A DNA stretch of 64,000 bases from Myxococcales bacterium (GTDB lineage Bacteria; Myxococcota_A; Polyangia; Polyangiales; DASUME01). Location: positions 1,120,001 through 1,184,000 of the forward strand of contig JASGJH010000001.1 in assembly GCA_047601445.1 (NCBI GenBank), given 5' to 3'. Below the pieces are notes generated by a model. It saw nothing but the letters and a program-made list of their open reading frames with translations, did no database searches and had not been told where the DNA came from. Within the stretch, counting starts at the first letter, position 1, and each line of letters opens with the position of its first letter. This document shows, piece by piece, positions 49,498-59,625 of the stretch. Position numbers and translations under genes: made by a program.

Positions 49498-50117
49498 CGG
49501 TCTTTACCGTGCGTAAGGGTGGAAACCAGGCGCAGTGCCATCTCCTTGATCCTCGCGCGCGACACCGTGGTCATGCCGAGGGTGCGGAAGCTGGCTTCGC
49601 CGTAAGCCAGTGAAAGCAGGGAAAAGGCGACGCCCTGGACATCCTTGCTCGGGGCTTGCACGGCGGGGTCCTCCCCCAGCGTCGCCGTCAGTCTCTGGGC
49701 GAGGCGTGCGTAGAGGGCCTTCAAGCGTTGGCGGGTTTCTTCGTCGCGCTGGGCGAGGTACCAGAGCTCTCCGACAACGACATTGGACGTCTCGTCCGCG
49801 AAGACTGCCTCGAACAGGAACTCCACCATCTTGGGCGCGTCGAGGGTGCCCCGCTGCTGCTGGAAGAGGAGGAGGCCGGACTCGGCCCGCGCCACCATGC
49901 GCTCGATGAGCAGGCCGACCATGTCGTCTCGGTTGCCCATGAAGTAGCGCACGAGGGATCTCGGGAGACCGGCCTCCGTGGCGACGTCTTGGAGGGTGGT
50001 GTCCAGCAAGCCTTTGCGAACGACGCAGGTCTCGAAGGCAGCCAGAATCTCTTCACGTCGTTGATCTTCGACTTTGGCGCGAACCACGGCCAGCTCCAAT
50101 CTTGTCTTGTGCGACAA
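49494..50117 (-). CDS. TetR/AcrR family regulator
   Basis: RREEIL.AF..CV...GL..TTL.DVA.EAGLPRSLVRYFMGNRD. Confidence 0.9.
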   Translation of the reverse strand: MSHKTRLELAVVRAKVEDQRREEILAAFETCVVRKGLLDTTLQDVATEAGLPRSLVRYFMGNRDDMVGLLIERMVARAESGLLLFQQQRGTLDAPKMVEFLFEAVFADETSNVVVGELWYLAQRDEETRQRLKALYARLAQRLTATLGEDPAVQAPSKDVQGVAFSLLSLAYGEASFRTLGMTTVSRARIKEMALRLVSTLTHGKDR

Positions 50118-50156
50118 TATTGGCGCGAACCAAACTTGTCAAGCGCGACAAGTTTG
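50102..50156. promoter_or_regulatory. Two TTGTC-N6-GACAA operators (TetR autoregulation)
   Basis: CAAACTTGTC-AAGCGC-GACAAGTTTG (50131-50156) and TTGTC-TTGTGC-GACAA (50102-50117). Confidence 0.7.
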
Positions 50157-50222
50157 AGCGGCGGGCGGACCGGGCGGCTCGCCGGGCCGTGCACCTCGTC
50201 ACCATGATGCAACCCGTGCGGG

Positions 50223-51491
50223 TCAGCTGCCTTCCGCGATGACGCGCGCGAGGCGGCTACGATTCTCGACCCCGAGCTTGTCGTAGATCGCCTGGAGCTG
50301 CTTGGCGACGGTGCTCGGCGCGACGCCGCGGGAGGCTGCGATGCGTGCGTTGCTCCAGCCGCGGGCGACACACTCGGCGATCTCACGCTCGGCGCTGGTG
50401 AGCCGTTCGCGCACGGAACCGCTGGCGGTGAGGTCGACCGCCACCACGGAGACTTTTTCCTCGCTGAGCGGCAGGTCGAAGCGGGACGAGCGCGAAGCGT
50501 CGAATACCGCGGCCAGCTCCACGCGTGAGCGCAACCCGAGCTTCTTCAGGATTTGGGTGACGCACGCCGAGACGGTCTTCTCGGGCAGCCCGAGCGCGTA
50601 GCTCGCCTCGCCGTTGGTGGCGCCCAGCGAAAGACAGCGCAGCACGCTCTGTTCGGTGGGCGTGAGGGCGCGCGGATCACGCTGGCCGGGCCGGTTCTCG
50701 TAGGCCGCGATGTAGCGACGGCCACCGCTCTCCCAGTGATCGACCAGCGACCATTGCCCTGCCACGAGGCCTTGCCACAACTGGAGCGCTTCGGCCGGTG
50801 ACGAGCGGACGTTGGCGCGTCTCGCCTGCTCCATGGACCTGACGGCCTCGGCGAGCGAGCGGCGCGCCGCACCGTCGTCGGCAATCGCGGTACTCGCGTC
50901 CTCGAGGGCCCCCGTCGGTGAGAGCAGCGCATCGCGTTGGGTGGCCGAGGCAGCCAGCCGGCGCCGCAAGCGCAGACCCGCGACGACGTGGAGGCCCACC
51001 CGTTGCCACATGCCGCGCACGCGCGGCGCGGGCGAGACCACGGCGCTCGAGGGCGCGGAGATGGTCACGCTCCCGCCGCGCGTGTCCTGCGCAAACATGC
51101 AGAAGCCATCGACGATACCGGCGCTCGCCATGAGTCCTCGAAAGTGCGACACCACCGGAGACTCCGGGCCCAAGACCTGCTCGAGCCCCCCGCACGTGAC
51201 CAGGCGCTTCTTCAGTAGCTCGAAGATGGCGTTCGGCGCCTCGGCGTTGAGCGCCGCGACCCGCTCGAGAAAGGCCGGACTCAAGCGGCGCTCGGCGAAA
51301 GCGGGGCTCGTCGCGAGGTCTGGAGCGGAGTCGTCACCGGTGAACCCGTAGACCCCGCTTCCGGTGTCGAGGTCGCCTCCAGCGTGCTCGAGGAGCGACG
51401 CCAGCCAGGCAGTCTCCGAGCCTCCGAGCTGGTAAGCTGCCTCGACCACGTCGATAGCCGTTACTGCGCGAATCCTGTGGGGGCGGGGCAT
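50223..51491 (-). CDS. Regulator with two LuxR-type HTH domains
   Basis: LTPTEQSVL...G.TN...SYALG...TV and LTSAEREIA..VARG.SN..IA..RGV..STVAKQL. Confidence 0.85.
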   Translation of the reverse strand: MPRPHRIRAVTAIDVVEAAYQLGGSETAWLASLLEHAGGDLDTGSGVYGFTGDDSAPDLATSPAFAERRLSPAFLERVAALNAEAPNAIFELLKKRLVTCGGLEQVLGPESPVVSHFRGLMASAGIVDGFCMFAQDTRGGSVTISAPSSAVVSPAPRVRGMWQRVGLHVVAGLRLRRRLAASATQRDALLSPTGALEDASTAIADDGAARRSLAEAVRSMEQARRANVRSSPAEALQLWQGLVAGQWSLVDHWESGGRRYIAAYENRPGQRDPRALTPTEQSVLRCLSLGATNGEASYALGLPEKTVSACVTQILKKLGLRSRVELAAVFDASRSSRFDLPLSEEKVSVVAVDLTASGSVRERLTSAEREIAECVARGWSNARIAASRGVAPSTVAKQLQAIYDKLGVENRSRLARVIAEGS

Positions 51492-51609
51492 AGGCGTAGA
51501 ATATACGCCGGATTGAGCGCGCGCCCCGGGCCGGCCGCACGCGCCAAAGCGGGGTAGGGGCCTGTCGGCCAGGGGGCAGGCCGGCTGCGACGAGGATTTC
51601 GAAGCAGGC

Positions 51610-53199
51610 TCACCTCCTCGGCATCCGATAGAGCGTCCAGCCGTCCGATTGGTAGGCGCGCGGAAAGGGCAGCCACGGGTTCTCGGTGAGCATGTAATCG
51701 AGGCCATAATCGAGGGCGATTTGCCGCGCTTCGTCGCCTGCCATGCCGCGATAGGCGGCGTCCAGCTCCGCTCGCGCGGCGAGTCCCTGTGCGCTGGGCA
51801 TCGCGCCCCCCGCCAGGCGCTCGAGGCGCGTCTCCCATTCGATGAGATCCTGCTCGGCCTGAGGCGCGTGCTTGAACGTCACGAACGCCGCCCGCTCGGC
51901 ATCGACGTAGAAGCTGTCCAAGATCGGATCGATGAGGAAGCTCGCCTCTGGATCCGTGTGTCGTTGAATCCAGCTGCCCACCGCCGTCGGTCGTCGACCG
52001 GGGAGTACCCAACTCCTCCGGACGTCCTCTCCGAACAGCTCGGCGGGCCCCCGTAGGAAGTAGAGCGACAGCGTCGCCGCGCCGAGCGCCGCGCTTGCGA
52101 TCCAAGCGAGGGAGAACCGACGGGACCCGCCCAGCTCGATAGAAGCCGAGGCGAGATAGCGGTCGCTCAGTCGCATGGTGAGCAGAAACCAGGTCAGCAG
52201 CGGGATCATCGTATCGCCGAAGCGAAACCAATAGAAGCGCAGCAATGTATGCCATCCGAGCCCCCAGATGACGAGGCCGGCGCAGAAGATCGCGGCAGCG
52301 ACCAGCACGTACTGCGACACGACCCGATAGCGCGCTTCGCGCCGGCGCAGGAGCAAGGCCGTGGCCACGCAAACTCCCAGCCACAGGGGCCACAGTCGCG
52401 ACGACCACGCCGACGGCAAGACGTGATGGGAGACGCGTAGCTCCACATAAATCTGGGCGCCGTTCGCGACGAGGTTGCGGTCATGTCCGCGTTCGACCTG
52501 GTAACCGACCAGAACCCAAAGCCCAGGCAGCCCCGTCAACGGCCCAGGCCACGCGCTCTTCGCAATCCGTCGCCACTGGGCGCGATGCTCCTTGAGCGCA
52601 AGGCAGCCGAGCGTGCACAGGCAGGCGTAGCTCCCGATCAAAGCGTGGAACGTGACGGCAAGCCCAAGCCAGGCGGCCATCGCCCGGTACCGATGACGGA
52701 CCAGCGCCGCCAGCGAAGCCACCACGGCGATGTACGCGAAGGGCTTGGTCTCGAGGGACTTGAGGACCCATTCGCCGGCGGCCAGGGATTGCGTGGGTAG
52801 GTAGGCATAGATCCAAGGGAGACAGAGCCACAACGAAACCCGGCAGGCGCGACACAGCGCGACCGCCGCGCTCGAGAACGCCAGGAAAATGAGACTCCGC
52901 CCCAGCAGCACCACCTGAGGAAACGACCAGGCCTTCAGCGCGGTGCCGGCCAGCACGTTGAACGCCCAGCGATAGCCAGCTGGACGATTCAGATACCAGT
53001 CGCGCGGCAGCCAGTGCGGGTCCATGTACTGCTTGGCGACCGGCAACACATCGTACTCGTTGCCCCGCAGCGGCCCGAGGCCGAGCATGGTCACGAGGCA
53101 ACCGGTCAGCGCGAGAACCGTCAAGACGGCCTGCAGCTCCAGGCCGTGATGCAAGGCTCGCCGCGTCGGAGAGCGAGGGCGACCGACCGCTGAAATCAC
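51610..53199 (-). CDS. Polytopic membrane protein (DUF6798-like, possible GT-C fold); start uncertain
   Basis: NEYDVLP.AKQ..DP.W.P.DWYLN, AGEW, IYV..R..HH.LP and FV.FKH.P motifs. Confidence 0.65.
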   Translation of the reverse strand: MISAVGRPRSPTRRALHHGLELQAVLTVLALTGCLVTMLGLGPLRGNEYDVLPVAKQYMDPHWLPRDWYLNRPAGYRWAFNVLAGTALKAWSFPQVVLLGRSLIFLAFSSAAVALCRACRVSLWLCLPWIYAYLPTQSLAAGEWVLKSLETKPFAYIAVVASLAALVRHRYRAMAAWLGLAVTFHALIGSYACLCTLGCLALKEHRAQWRRIAKSAWPGPLTGLPGLWVLVGYQVERGHDRNLVANGAQIYVELRVSHHVLPSAWSSRLWPLWLGVCVATALLLRRREARYRVVSQYVLVAAAIFCAGLVIWGLGWHTLLRFYWFRFGDTMIPLLTWFLLTMRLSDRYLASASIELGGSRRFSLAWIASAALGAATLSLYFLRGPAELFGEDVRRSWVLPGRRPTAVGSWIQRHTDPEASFLIDPILDSFYVDAERAAFVTFKHAPQAEQDLIEWETRLERLAGGAMPSAQGLAARAELDAAYRGMAGDEARQIALDYGLDYMLTENPWLPFPRAYQSDGWTLYRMPRR

Positions 53200-53287
53200 G
53201 GCGTCCGTCAGTCGCCCGAGCGCGCGAGCGTTTGGAGATAGGCGGAATGGTGCAGTGCATCTTCGTTCGGCATGGCTATCTCCAGAT

Positions 53288-54070
53288 TTAGAATGTCTGC
53301 GACAGCGCACGCTGGACGTCGAGCAGCGAGTTCTTGCTAACGTCGAACAGGTGTTGCCACGGCCGATCCATGTCGATGATGAGCAACAACACCAGCGCGA
53401 CGGCCAAGTTGACCGCCATGGTCGAGAAGGGCGCACGAAGTCCGGATAGCCCTGCGCTGTACCCGAGCGCGATCAGGCACAGAAAGGCGATGGTGTACAA
53501 GGTCGCCAGCAGCACCAGCGGCAGGCGCTGATAAATCGCCTTGTTGATCCGCTCCTCCTGAATGTTGATCACCTCGTTCAGCGATTCGAGCAGGAGCGCG
53601 ACGACTTCCGAGTCGGGCTGCGCCAGCGCGAGCCTTCGCGCCTGGCTCCAGATGAGGTGATGAATCTGTTCGGATCGCGCGAGCGCATCGGGCAAGCTTT
53701 GCGGGTCGAGCTTGGTGACCAGAACGTCGACGTAAGCTCTGAGCTGCGCCTGGATTTCCGCCCCCTCTGGTGCCGCGACGGCGGTCGCCCGTAAGTAAGC
53801 GGTACCGATGGCGTTGGCCTCCTCAATCACCAGAGTCTTCCGCTCCGAGTAACGCGATTCGGCAATTCCAAAGCTAAAGGCCAGGAGGAGCCCCAATAGC
53901 GCGAGCATCGCTCCGAGCACGACCCCCACATGCGGCTCGCGCGTGTGGGCGCTTTGCACCTGGCGCGGGATCCGGGCAACGCGGAATCCGAGCTCTGCTC
54001 CTACGGCCAGCAGCAGAACTGTCAGCGCGAACACCGTAAGAACCCCCATGCCGTCCAACAGCGCTCGCAT
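53288..54070 (-). CDS. DUF4239/bestrophin-like membrane protein
   Basis: LLGLLLAFSF, EANAIGTAYLR and IIDMDRP motifs. Confidence 0.8.
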   Translation of the reverse strand: MRALLDGMGVLTVFALTVLLLAVGAELGFRVARIPRQVQSAHTREPHVGVVLGAMLALLGLLLAFSFGIAESRYSERKTLVIEEANAIGTAYLRATAVAAPEGAEIQAQLRAYVDVLVTKLDPQSLPDALARSEQIHHLIWSQARRLALAQPDSEVVALLLESLNEVINIQEERINKAIYQRLPLVLLATLYTIAFLCLIALGYSAGLSGLRAPFSTMAVNLAVALVLLLIIDMDRPWQHLFDVSKNSLLDVQRALSQTF

Positions 54071-54166
54071 TGCTCGACTCCCCCGCACGAAGGCAAAGCA
54101 AGCCATGTACCGGGCCGACAAACTGGGGTGCGGACCCGTGCACCGGCTCCAAGGCCCGCCCCGCGC

Positions 54167-55597
54167 CTAGTGCCGAGTTTCGCGCGTAGCGCTCTCTCGT
54201 GCGGCAAAGGGCCAGCTTCCCTGGTCGGTTCCCGGCTCTTCAGGTTCCGCGGCATGGCTCATCAGGCTTCGCCGTTCCGCAGCGGCTCCAATGTCGCGCA
54301 CCAATTCGCTCGCGACCTCCGACACGATCGAAACGAGTTGTTCGCGGCTGGACTGGCACTCAGGGGAAGCCAGCGCCGTGGTCAAGAGCTGGCGAGCCGT
54401 GCGTCGACCGTCCTCCGACTCCAAGACTCGAGCGAACGCCGCGAGCGCGGCCAGGAAGGCGTGTTCGAATAGCGTGTGTGTGAGCCCGCGCGCCAAGGGC
54501 CAGGAACGTGTTCCCGCGAGGGCTTCGTTCGTTGTGAGCGCGGCCAGCTCGAGCGCTTGCTGTTGGGCGTGGGGGGCAGCCAGCATGGATTGAAGCTGAG
54601 CGACCACTGCATCGATCAACTCGCCTCGGTGCCGCGACAGACTTGCTTCCAGCGAATGGTGAAACGTCTTTTCCTCGAACTCCGTCTTGAGACGTTCGAC
54701 GACGCGCAACTGGACTTGATTGGTCACCTCATCGGTGATTGCGCGCGCGGCACGGCTCGACATGCGCTTGATCGCGTTGTCGCGGACGTTCTGCAGCTCC
54801 CCTCGGTAGATTCGCGAGTAAATTGATACCAGTCGAAACAGGCGAAAGACACGCAACCGCCCGGGCAGAAGCCCGAGGACGTCGTACCAGTGCACGAGCG
54901 GGTAGCGATACCAACGCTCCGACCGTCGTAGCGCGATGGCCCAGCCGATCCAGAAGTCGAGCCAAAACAGCGACAGAAGCGGTAGCTCCAGGCGTCCAAA
55001 ATGATCGACTGGCCAGCCGCTACGATCCACGGCTCGGTAGTAGTTCGCCTTGAGGGCGTCCTTCACCGGTCCATCGCGCCCCAGCAGGTCCATGAGCTCG
55101 GCCTGGTTCATCGTCGGCCAAAGCTTGGCGACCCCCTTCTCTTGGTTGGGTGGATGGTCCATCCCCGCAGGGTCCATCGCCACTCGGTCTGCCACCGCTT
55201 CGAGCAGCATGTCATTGGCTCCGGCAGCTTCGCTGTGCCGGAAGGCGTTCTCGCGCATGACGCGGAGGGTCAATCCACGCAGCGCGGCCACATGGGTAGC
55301 CAGCACCTCTGGGTCGGCGGGGCTATCGCCAAGCGATCGTAGGTAGTCTCGCGTGGCGTCCATTTCTCGCAGGAGGCCTTGGCTTGCGGGGTGCGGACGC
55401 ATCCCCTTGACCGGGTCGTAGAGCGCCACGAGGCCGGGGGCGACGCGCAGATACGTCGGCCGCAGCCACAGGTAAGTCAGGTCGAACCCGATCAAAGCCA
55501 GGTCGACCAGGGCGACAGCCACCATGAAGAGATCCCAGAGCACGCGTCGCCGTTCGCGGTCGTGCCAGACGCGCCGACTGATGCTCCTCCTCCCCAT
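54167..55597 (-). CDS. Ion-transport-like protein (voltage-sensor S1-S4-like helices, no pore)
   Basis: WDLFM..., F.LDF, HWYDVLG.LP.RLRVFRLFRLVS; long helical tail. Confidence 0.65.
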   Translation of the reverse strand: MGRRSISRRVWHDRERRRVLWDLFMVAVALVDLALIGFDLTYLWLRPTYLRVAPGLVALYDPVKGMRPHPASQGLLREMDATRDYLRSLGDSPADPEVLATHVAALRGLTLRVMRENAFRHSEAAGANDMLLEAVADRVAMDPAGMDHPPNQEKGVAKLWPTMNQAELMDLLGRDGPVKDALKANYYRAVDRSGWPVDHFGRLELPLLSLFWLDFWIGWAIALRRSERWYRYPLVHWYDVLGLLPGRLRVFRLFRLVSIYSRIYRGELQNVRDNAIKRMSSRAARAITDEVTNQVQLRVVERLKTEFEEKTFHHSLEASLSRHRGELIDAVVAQLQSMLAAPHAQQQALELAALTTNEALAGTRSWPLARGLTHTLFEHAFLAALAAFARVLESEDGRRTARQLLTTALASPECQSSREQLVSIVSEVASELVRDIGAAAERRSLMSHAAEPEEPGTDQGSWPFAARESATRETRH

Positions 55598-55735
55598 CTG
55601 CTCAGGGTGGTCCCGTCAAGCGCTGCTCGTCAAACGGGCGCACGCGTGAGCGCCGAGGAACTGCTGACATCCTGTCGCACCGCTGATGCGCTTGGTGGCC
55701 GACTCGTACCCTGCTCACGCGCCAGCGACATGCGT

Positions 55736-56845
55736 TCAGAAAGGCTGCATGGTGTCGCAGTCGAGGTTCGAACCGGGCGCGACCCCGAGCATCCCCGTGA
55801 AGCGAGCGTAGAAGCCCAGGCGATCGGTGACACTGGGCGAGCGCGCGTAACCGCACTCGATGCCGCCGTTGATGATGTCTATGGTGAGGCCCATGCCGGG
55901 GTGCCGGCCCGCGGCCTCGTCGCTCGAACTCGGGACGAAGGCGCCGGTCATCACAGCATGGCAAGAAGGTTTGGGCGACTGAGCGGTCATCCAAAACCAG
56001 AAGGCCGTGCGGAAGGCAAGCGTTCCGTTCGACGTGACTAGGTCGGGGTTGCTCAGGGAATCGACCCCGAGCACGACCCCGAGTTGTCCGTAGTTGTAGT
56101 TCCAGCTCAACTGCAAAGGCCCGCGACCCTGGTAGGTCTTCCCCGGTTGGCAGGGATAAGTCGCGTTGGAGGCGTCGCAGTATTGGGTGCAGGCCCCGCC
56201 TTCGCAGCCGACCTCTTGAGTGAAGTAGAGACCCCACGCGAAGCGGCCGCCCGGAGCCGTATCCCAGCCACCCGTGGTCTCGTGCGCGATGTTGGCCAGG
56301 AAAGCTGCCACCTCCTGTTTGCGCTGGGTGTCGGTTCCGTGGGCTGCAAACGCCGGGTAGTAGGCTGCCGCAGCCAGGAATGCCGAGTAGGAGTAGAGCG
56401 CGGCGCGCTGCGGAAACATCTGTTCGAAGAGCGCCTGCGGTAGCAAGTCCGCGAGTTTGGCGTTGGGTTCAACAGGTCCTGCGTCGACCCCGGCTTGGGG
56501 GTCCGGCGGCGCCGGTTCGTCGTTCTTGGGCGTACTGGAATCGGCGTCAGCACTCGGCTCGGTGGAAAGCTGCGAGCCGTCAACGACACTGGCATCCTGT
56601 GCTGCCCGAGCTCCAGCGTCGTCGGCTCCGATCCCGCCTTGGTCGCCCTGATTTTGGGTATTCGGATCGACAGAAGCCGGCGCCGAATGAGACGCGTCGT
56701 CGTTCGCGCCATCGGGCGGTGCCAGCATGCCTGCGTCCGCGGTCGCCGACGGCGCTGGGAAGTCGCCTTGCCCGGGGTAACCTGTCGGAGCCAGGCAAGC
56801 CGATCCAAACACGAGCGCGCAGGTAGCGATGGCGACGTAACGCAT
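55736..56845 (-). CDS. GH19 chitinase, lipoprotein
   Basis: GSAC lipobox, Asp/Ala/Pro linker, FLANIAHETTGGW, YQGRGPLQLSWNYNYG, AFWFW and IINGGIEC motifs. Confidence 0.95.
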   Translation of the reverse strand: MRYVAIATCALVFGSACLAPTGYPGQGDFPAPSATADAGMLAPPDGANDDASHSAPASVDPNTQNQGDQGGIGADDAGARAAQDASVVDGSQLSTEPSADADSSTPKNDEPAPPDPQAGVDAGPVEPNAKLADLLPQALFEQMFPQRAALYSYSAFLAAAAYYPAFAAHGTDTQRKQEVAAFLANIAHETTGGWDTAPGGRFAWGLYFTQEVGCEGGACTQYCDASNATYPCQPGKTYQGRGPLQLSWNYNYGQLGVVLGVDSLSNPDLVTSNGTLAFRTAFWFWMTAQSPKPSCHAVMTGAFVPSSSDEAAGRHPGMGLTIDIINGGIECGYARSPSVTDRLGFYARFTGMLGVAPGSNLDCDTMQPF

Positions 56846-56980
56846 AGGCCTCCACACGGATGGAGCGCGTCCGCCTCGGGGTCGGGTCAATCAAAACATC
56901 AGACAGTTCGAAGCTCCAGCGTAAGCGCCGCTCGCGACGGTGGAATTGATGGTTGCTCGACATCTCTGAGCGCACTCGGC

Positions 56981-57496
56981 CTAGTACTCGATGCGGCCGC
57001 CCAGGGCCCACGAGGTCACGCCCGATGCCGTGGTCTGCACGTACACAAAGGGCTGCGCGGCGACGGCGAAGAACATGATCTGGTAGCCGACTCCGATGCG
57101 GCCCAGCGCCTCCGCATGTCCGCCCTGCTTGATGCGCGGTCCGGCCTGCATGAAGATGCGCAGATGCTGGATCGGGTACCACGCAAGCCCCGCCCCCAGG
57201 AAGTACTCGTGGGTCTTGCGCCCCGGGTGCCTCAACGGCCCCACCGACTGGCCCAGCACCTCGAAACCCACGCCATTGTACTTGCGATCGACCAGGTAGT
57301 TGTAGCCTACGCTGTACGAAACCACCTTGCGGAAGTCGTCGCCGGTCCAGCGCGTCCCATCGAAGCGCTGTCCCGCAAAGTCCAGCGTCACGTGATGGCG
57401 CCGTTCGCTGAACTGGCGCTGCATGCGCACGAAGTCCTCGGGCGTGGGCTGCACGCCGAACATGCCGAGAAACCAGACCAGGAACCCCATTACCAT
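56981..57496 (-). CDS. Hypothetical small beta-barrel-like protein
   Basis: Amphipathic beta-strands, terminal aromatic residue (GGRIEY), coupled to the upstream lipoprotein. Confidence 0.6.
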   Translation of the reverse strand: MVMGFLVWFLGMFGVQPTPEDFVRMQRQFSERRHHVTLDFAGQRFDGTRWTGDDFRKVVSYSVGYNYLVDRKYNGVGFEVLGQSVGPLRHPGRKTHEYFLGAGLAWYPIQHLRIFMQAGPRIKQGGHAEALGRIGVGYQIMFFAVAAQPFVYVQTTASGVTSWALGGRIEY

Positions 57497-57915
57497 GAGG
57501 CCCGTCCTTGGTTCGGGGGCAACGTGCAGCTGCAGGATTGGTTCACCGCCGGAGCGCCGGGCACCACCGGCGGGAACGAGCAGTCCTTGACGTAGGTCAC
57601 GACCGTGGCGAGCACGTAGCGCCCGAAGCCGTCGATGCCGGGGACCACGGCTTCGCCGCCTACTTTGCAGACCTCCTTGGCTATCAGCTCGCGGAAGTCC
57701 GCCTCGCGGCGCGGGATGGCGCGCGGTGAGAAGGCGTCGATCTCAATCACGCCGATTTCTCGGAGCGGCGGGCGCGGGCCCAGGTCGATCACGTCGAAGC
57801 TGCAACCTGCCTGGCGGGGCTTGCTCGCCGCGCGCCGCGTCCAGGTCACGCTGGGCGTGCATGCCGTCAAAAACGCGAAACCCAAGACGGCGCTCGAAGC
57901 GGCCACCCCGCGCAT
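57490..57915 (-). CDS. Hypothetical lipoprotein
   Basis: LTAC lipobox, EIGVIE...C..GGEAV (YbjQ-like pattern). Confidence 0.6.
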   Translation of the reverse strand: MRGVAASSAVLGFAFLTACTPSVTWTRRAASKPRQAGCSFDVIDLGPRPPLREIGVIEIDAFSPRAIPRREADFRELIAKEVCKVGGEAVVPGIDGFGRYVLATVVTYVKDCSFPPVVPGAPAVNQSCSCTLPPNQGRASW

Positions 57916-58111
57916 GACAAGCCTCCCCATCCACGCGCGCGGTCCACGGCGCGAGCAAAGCAGACCAGGCCAGCGTTCGACCGCAATGGTCAGACTGCAG
58001 ACGGCCTCAGCAACGCTAGCACGCGAAAGTGTGCCGGGTCGCGCGCGCACCGGACGGCTGCGCGGCGTATCAAGCGGTCACGCCCAGATCGTGGAACCGA
58101 GCTACTGGTCC

Positions 58112-58946
58112 TCAGTTCCCATCCTGTGTCGGCCCCAACACCGTGTGGTGCGTGATCACCAGCGTCGTGTCGGAGACGAACCAGTCAAAGCAAGCCTTGG
58201 AAGGCCAGTGAGAATGTTCCGCCGTGCGCGCGTGGTAGACGTCGTAGTCGCCGATTTGCTTGCGCTCACGCGTACCCAGAGATGCCTCTTGCCCGTCGAT
58301 GCTGACGTCGAGATTGTAGAGCGCGTAGTCACCGCACTCGTCGTGCACTGCACAAATGGCGTCCCCCCGAGTTGTCGTGACCCCCTGCGGCAACTTGTCC
58401 GGGAAGGCATCCTGCTCGAGGTAGAAGGCCAGCGCATAGTCCGTTCGGAGCTCGAACGCGCTGTGCGCGCCCCCGCTGAACGCATTCCAAAGCCACGATG
58501 CGACGACCCCGGTGCCTTGCTCGACGGCGAATCCCGCCTCGGTACCCATAACCAGCACAATCCATTCGCCAGCGGCGGCGCCATCGATGCGAAGCCAATG
58601 CGTCTCCGCCGCCGGGAACGCGCCTCTCCGCCTGTTGCGCCTCCGCCGGGATGCTACCGGCGCCGATTTCAGTCACCGTGCCGCTCAAACTGACCTGCGT
58701 AAGACCGCTCTCCATATCTTCGAGCACCACGCCGTTGCGCACGTCGAACACGAGCGTGTCCGGTCGGGTTACGTCCGGGTTTGAGCATTCCGGCAGCATC
58801 ATCCCGGCGTCCGGCTCACCAGCGTGATCGGTGGTGCAGCCGGACAGTCCCAAGGCTCCGCACATGGCCAGGAGCGTACGACGTCGAGTACGAGTGCGGG
58901 AGCTTCCCGCAACGAGAGACACAAGCCTGCGACGACGCTGGTCCAT
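58112..58946 (-). CDS. Hypothetical lipoprotein, split by a frameshift near 58625
   Basis: LSGC lipobox in the 5' frame. The 3' frame continues AFPAAETHWLRIDG...MGTEAGF. Confidence 0.6.
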
Positions 58947-59088
58947 GAGAACCTCGGGACGGGTTGGGGGGAGTCCGAACGCGCAGGAACCAGCCACCGG
59001 GCGCGGCCTATTCCTGGAATACGTCGATTCCGGGGTGAAGGTCGTGTGCCCACCTCGCGCTGAGAACATCGAGCACGACCGACGCACG

Positions 59089-59496
59089 TTACGTCGGGTC
59101 TAGGTCCGTGGGGCGCAACTGCACTCGCAGTGTGTAGGCGATCAGCGCGAGGGCGCAGACCGCCTCGAGCATGATCAAGGCGTTGATTGACGCGGACCAG
59201 CGCCAGGGCGGCAAGACGAGATAGTGCGCGAGCACGAGCATGCCCATCGCTCCGTACACGTAGTTCGCCGCAAAGGCCGCGCGCTCTTTCCCCTTCTTGT
59301 ACAGGCGGTATCCCGCAATTCCAAAAGGAGTCATCAGAAACCAAAACGCGTCGATGCGCATCGGACTGAGCCAAGACGGATCCTGGTATTCCGCGAAGCG
59401 AATGATGTTGTCTGCGTAGTGGGCGATGCTGGCCGCGATATTCATGACCAAAAGCACCGCGAAAACTCGCGCCTTCTTGCTGAGGTTCGCTGGCAT
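59089..59496 (-). CDS. Hypothetical 4-TM membrane protein
   Basis: HYADN...Y..P.W and L.HY motifs; four hydrophobic segments. Confidence 0.7.
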   Translation of the reverse strand: MPANLSKKARVFAVLLVMNIAASIAHYADNIIRFAEYQDPSWLSPMRIDAFWFLMTPFGIAGYRLYKKGKERAAFAANYVYGAMGMLVLAHYLVLPPWRWSASINALIMLEAVCALALIAYTLRVQLRPTDLDPT

Positions 59497-59625
59497 GACA
59501 GCTTCGTACCACCGGCTCGGCGAGACCTCTGTCACCGATCAGTCATGCGTCGCCGCCACCAGCGCGTTGGAGCCAACGATTTCGCGCCGCCGTCTGCTAG
59601 GCTCGCATCGATGCGGGAGGAGCCC

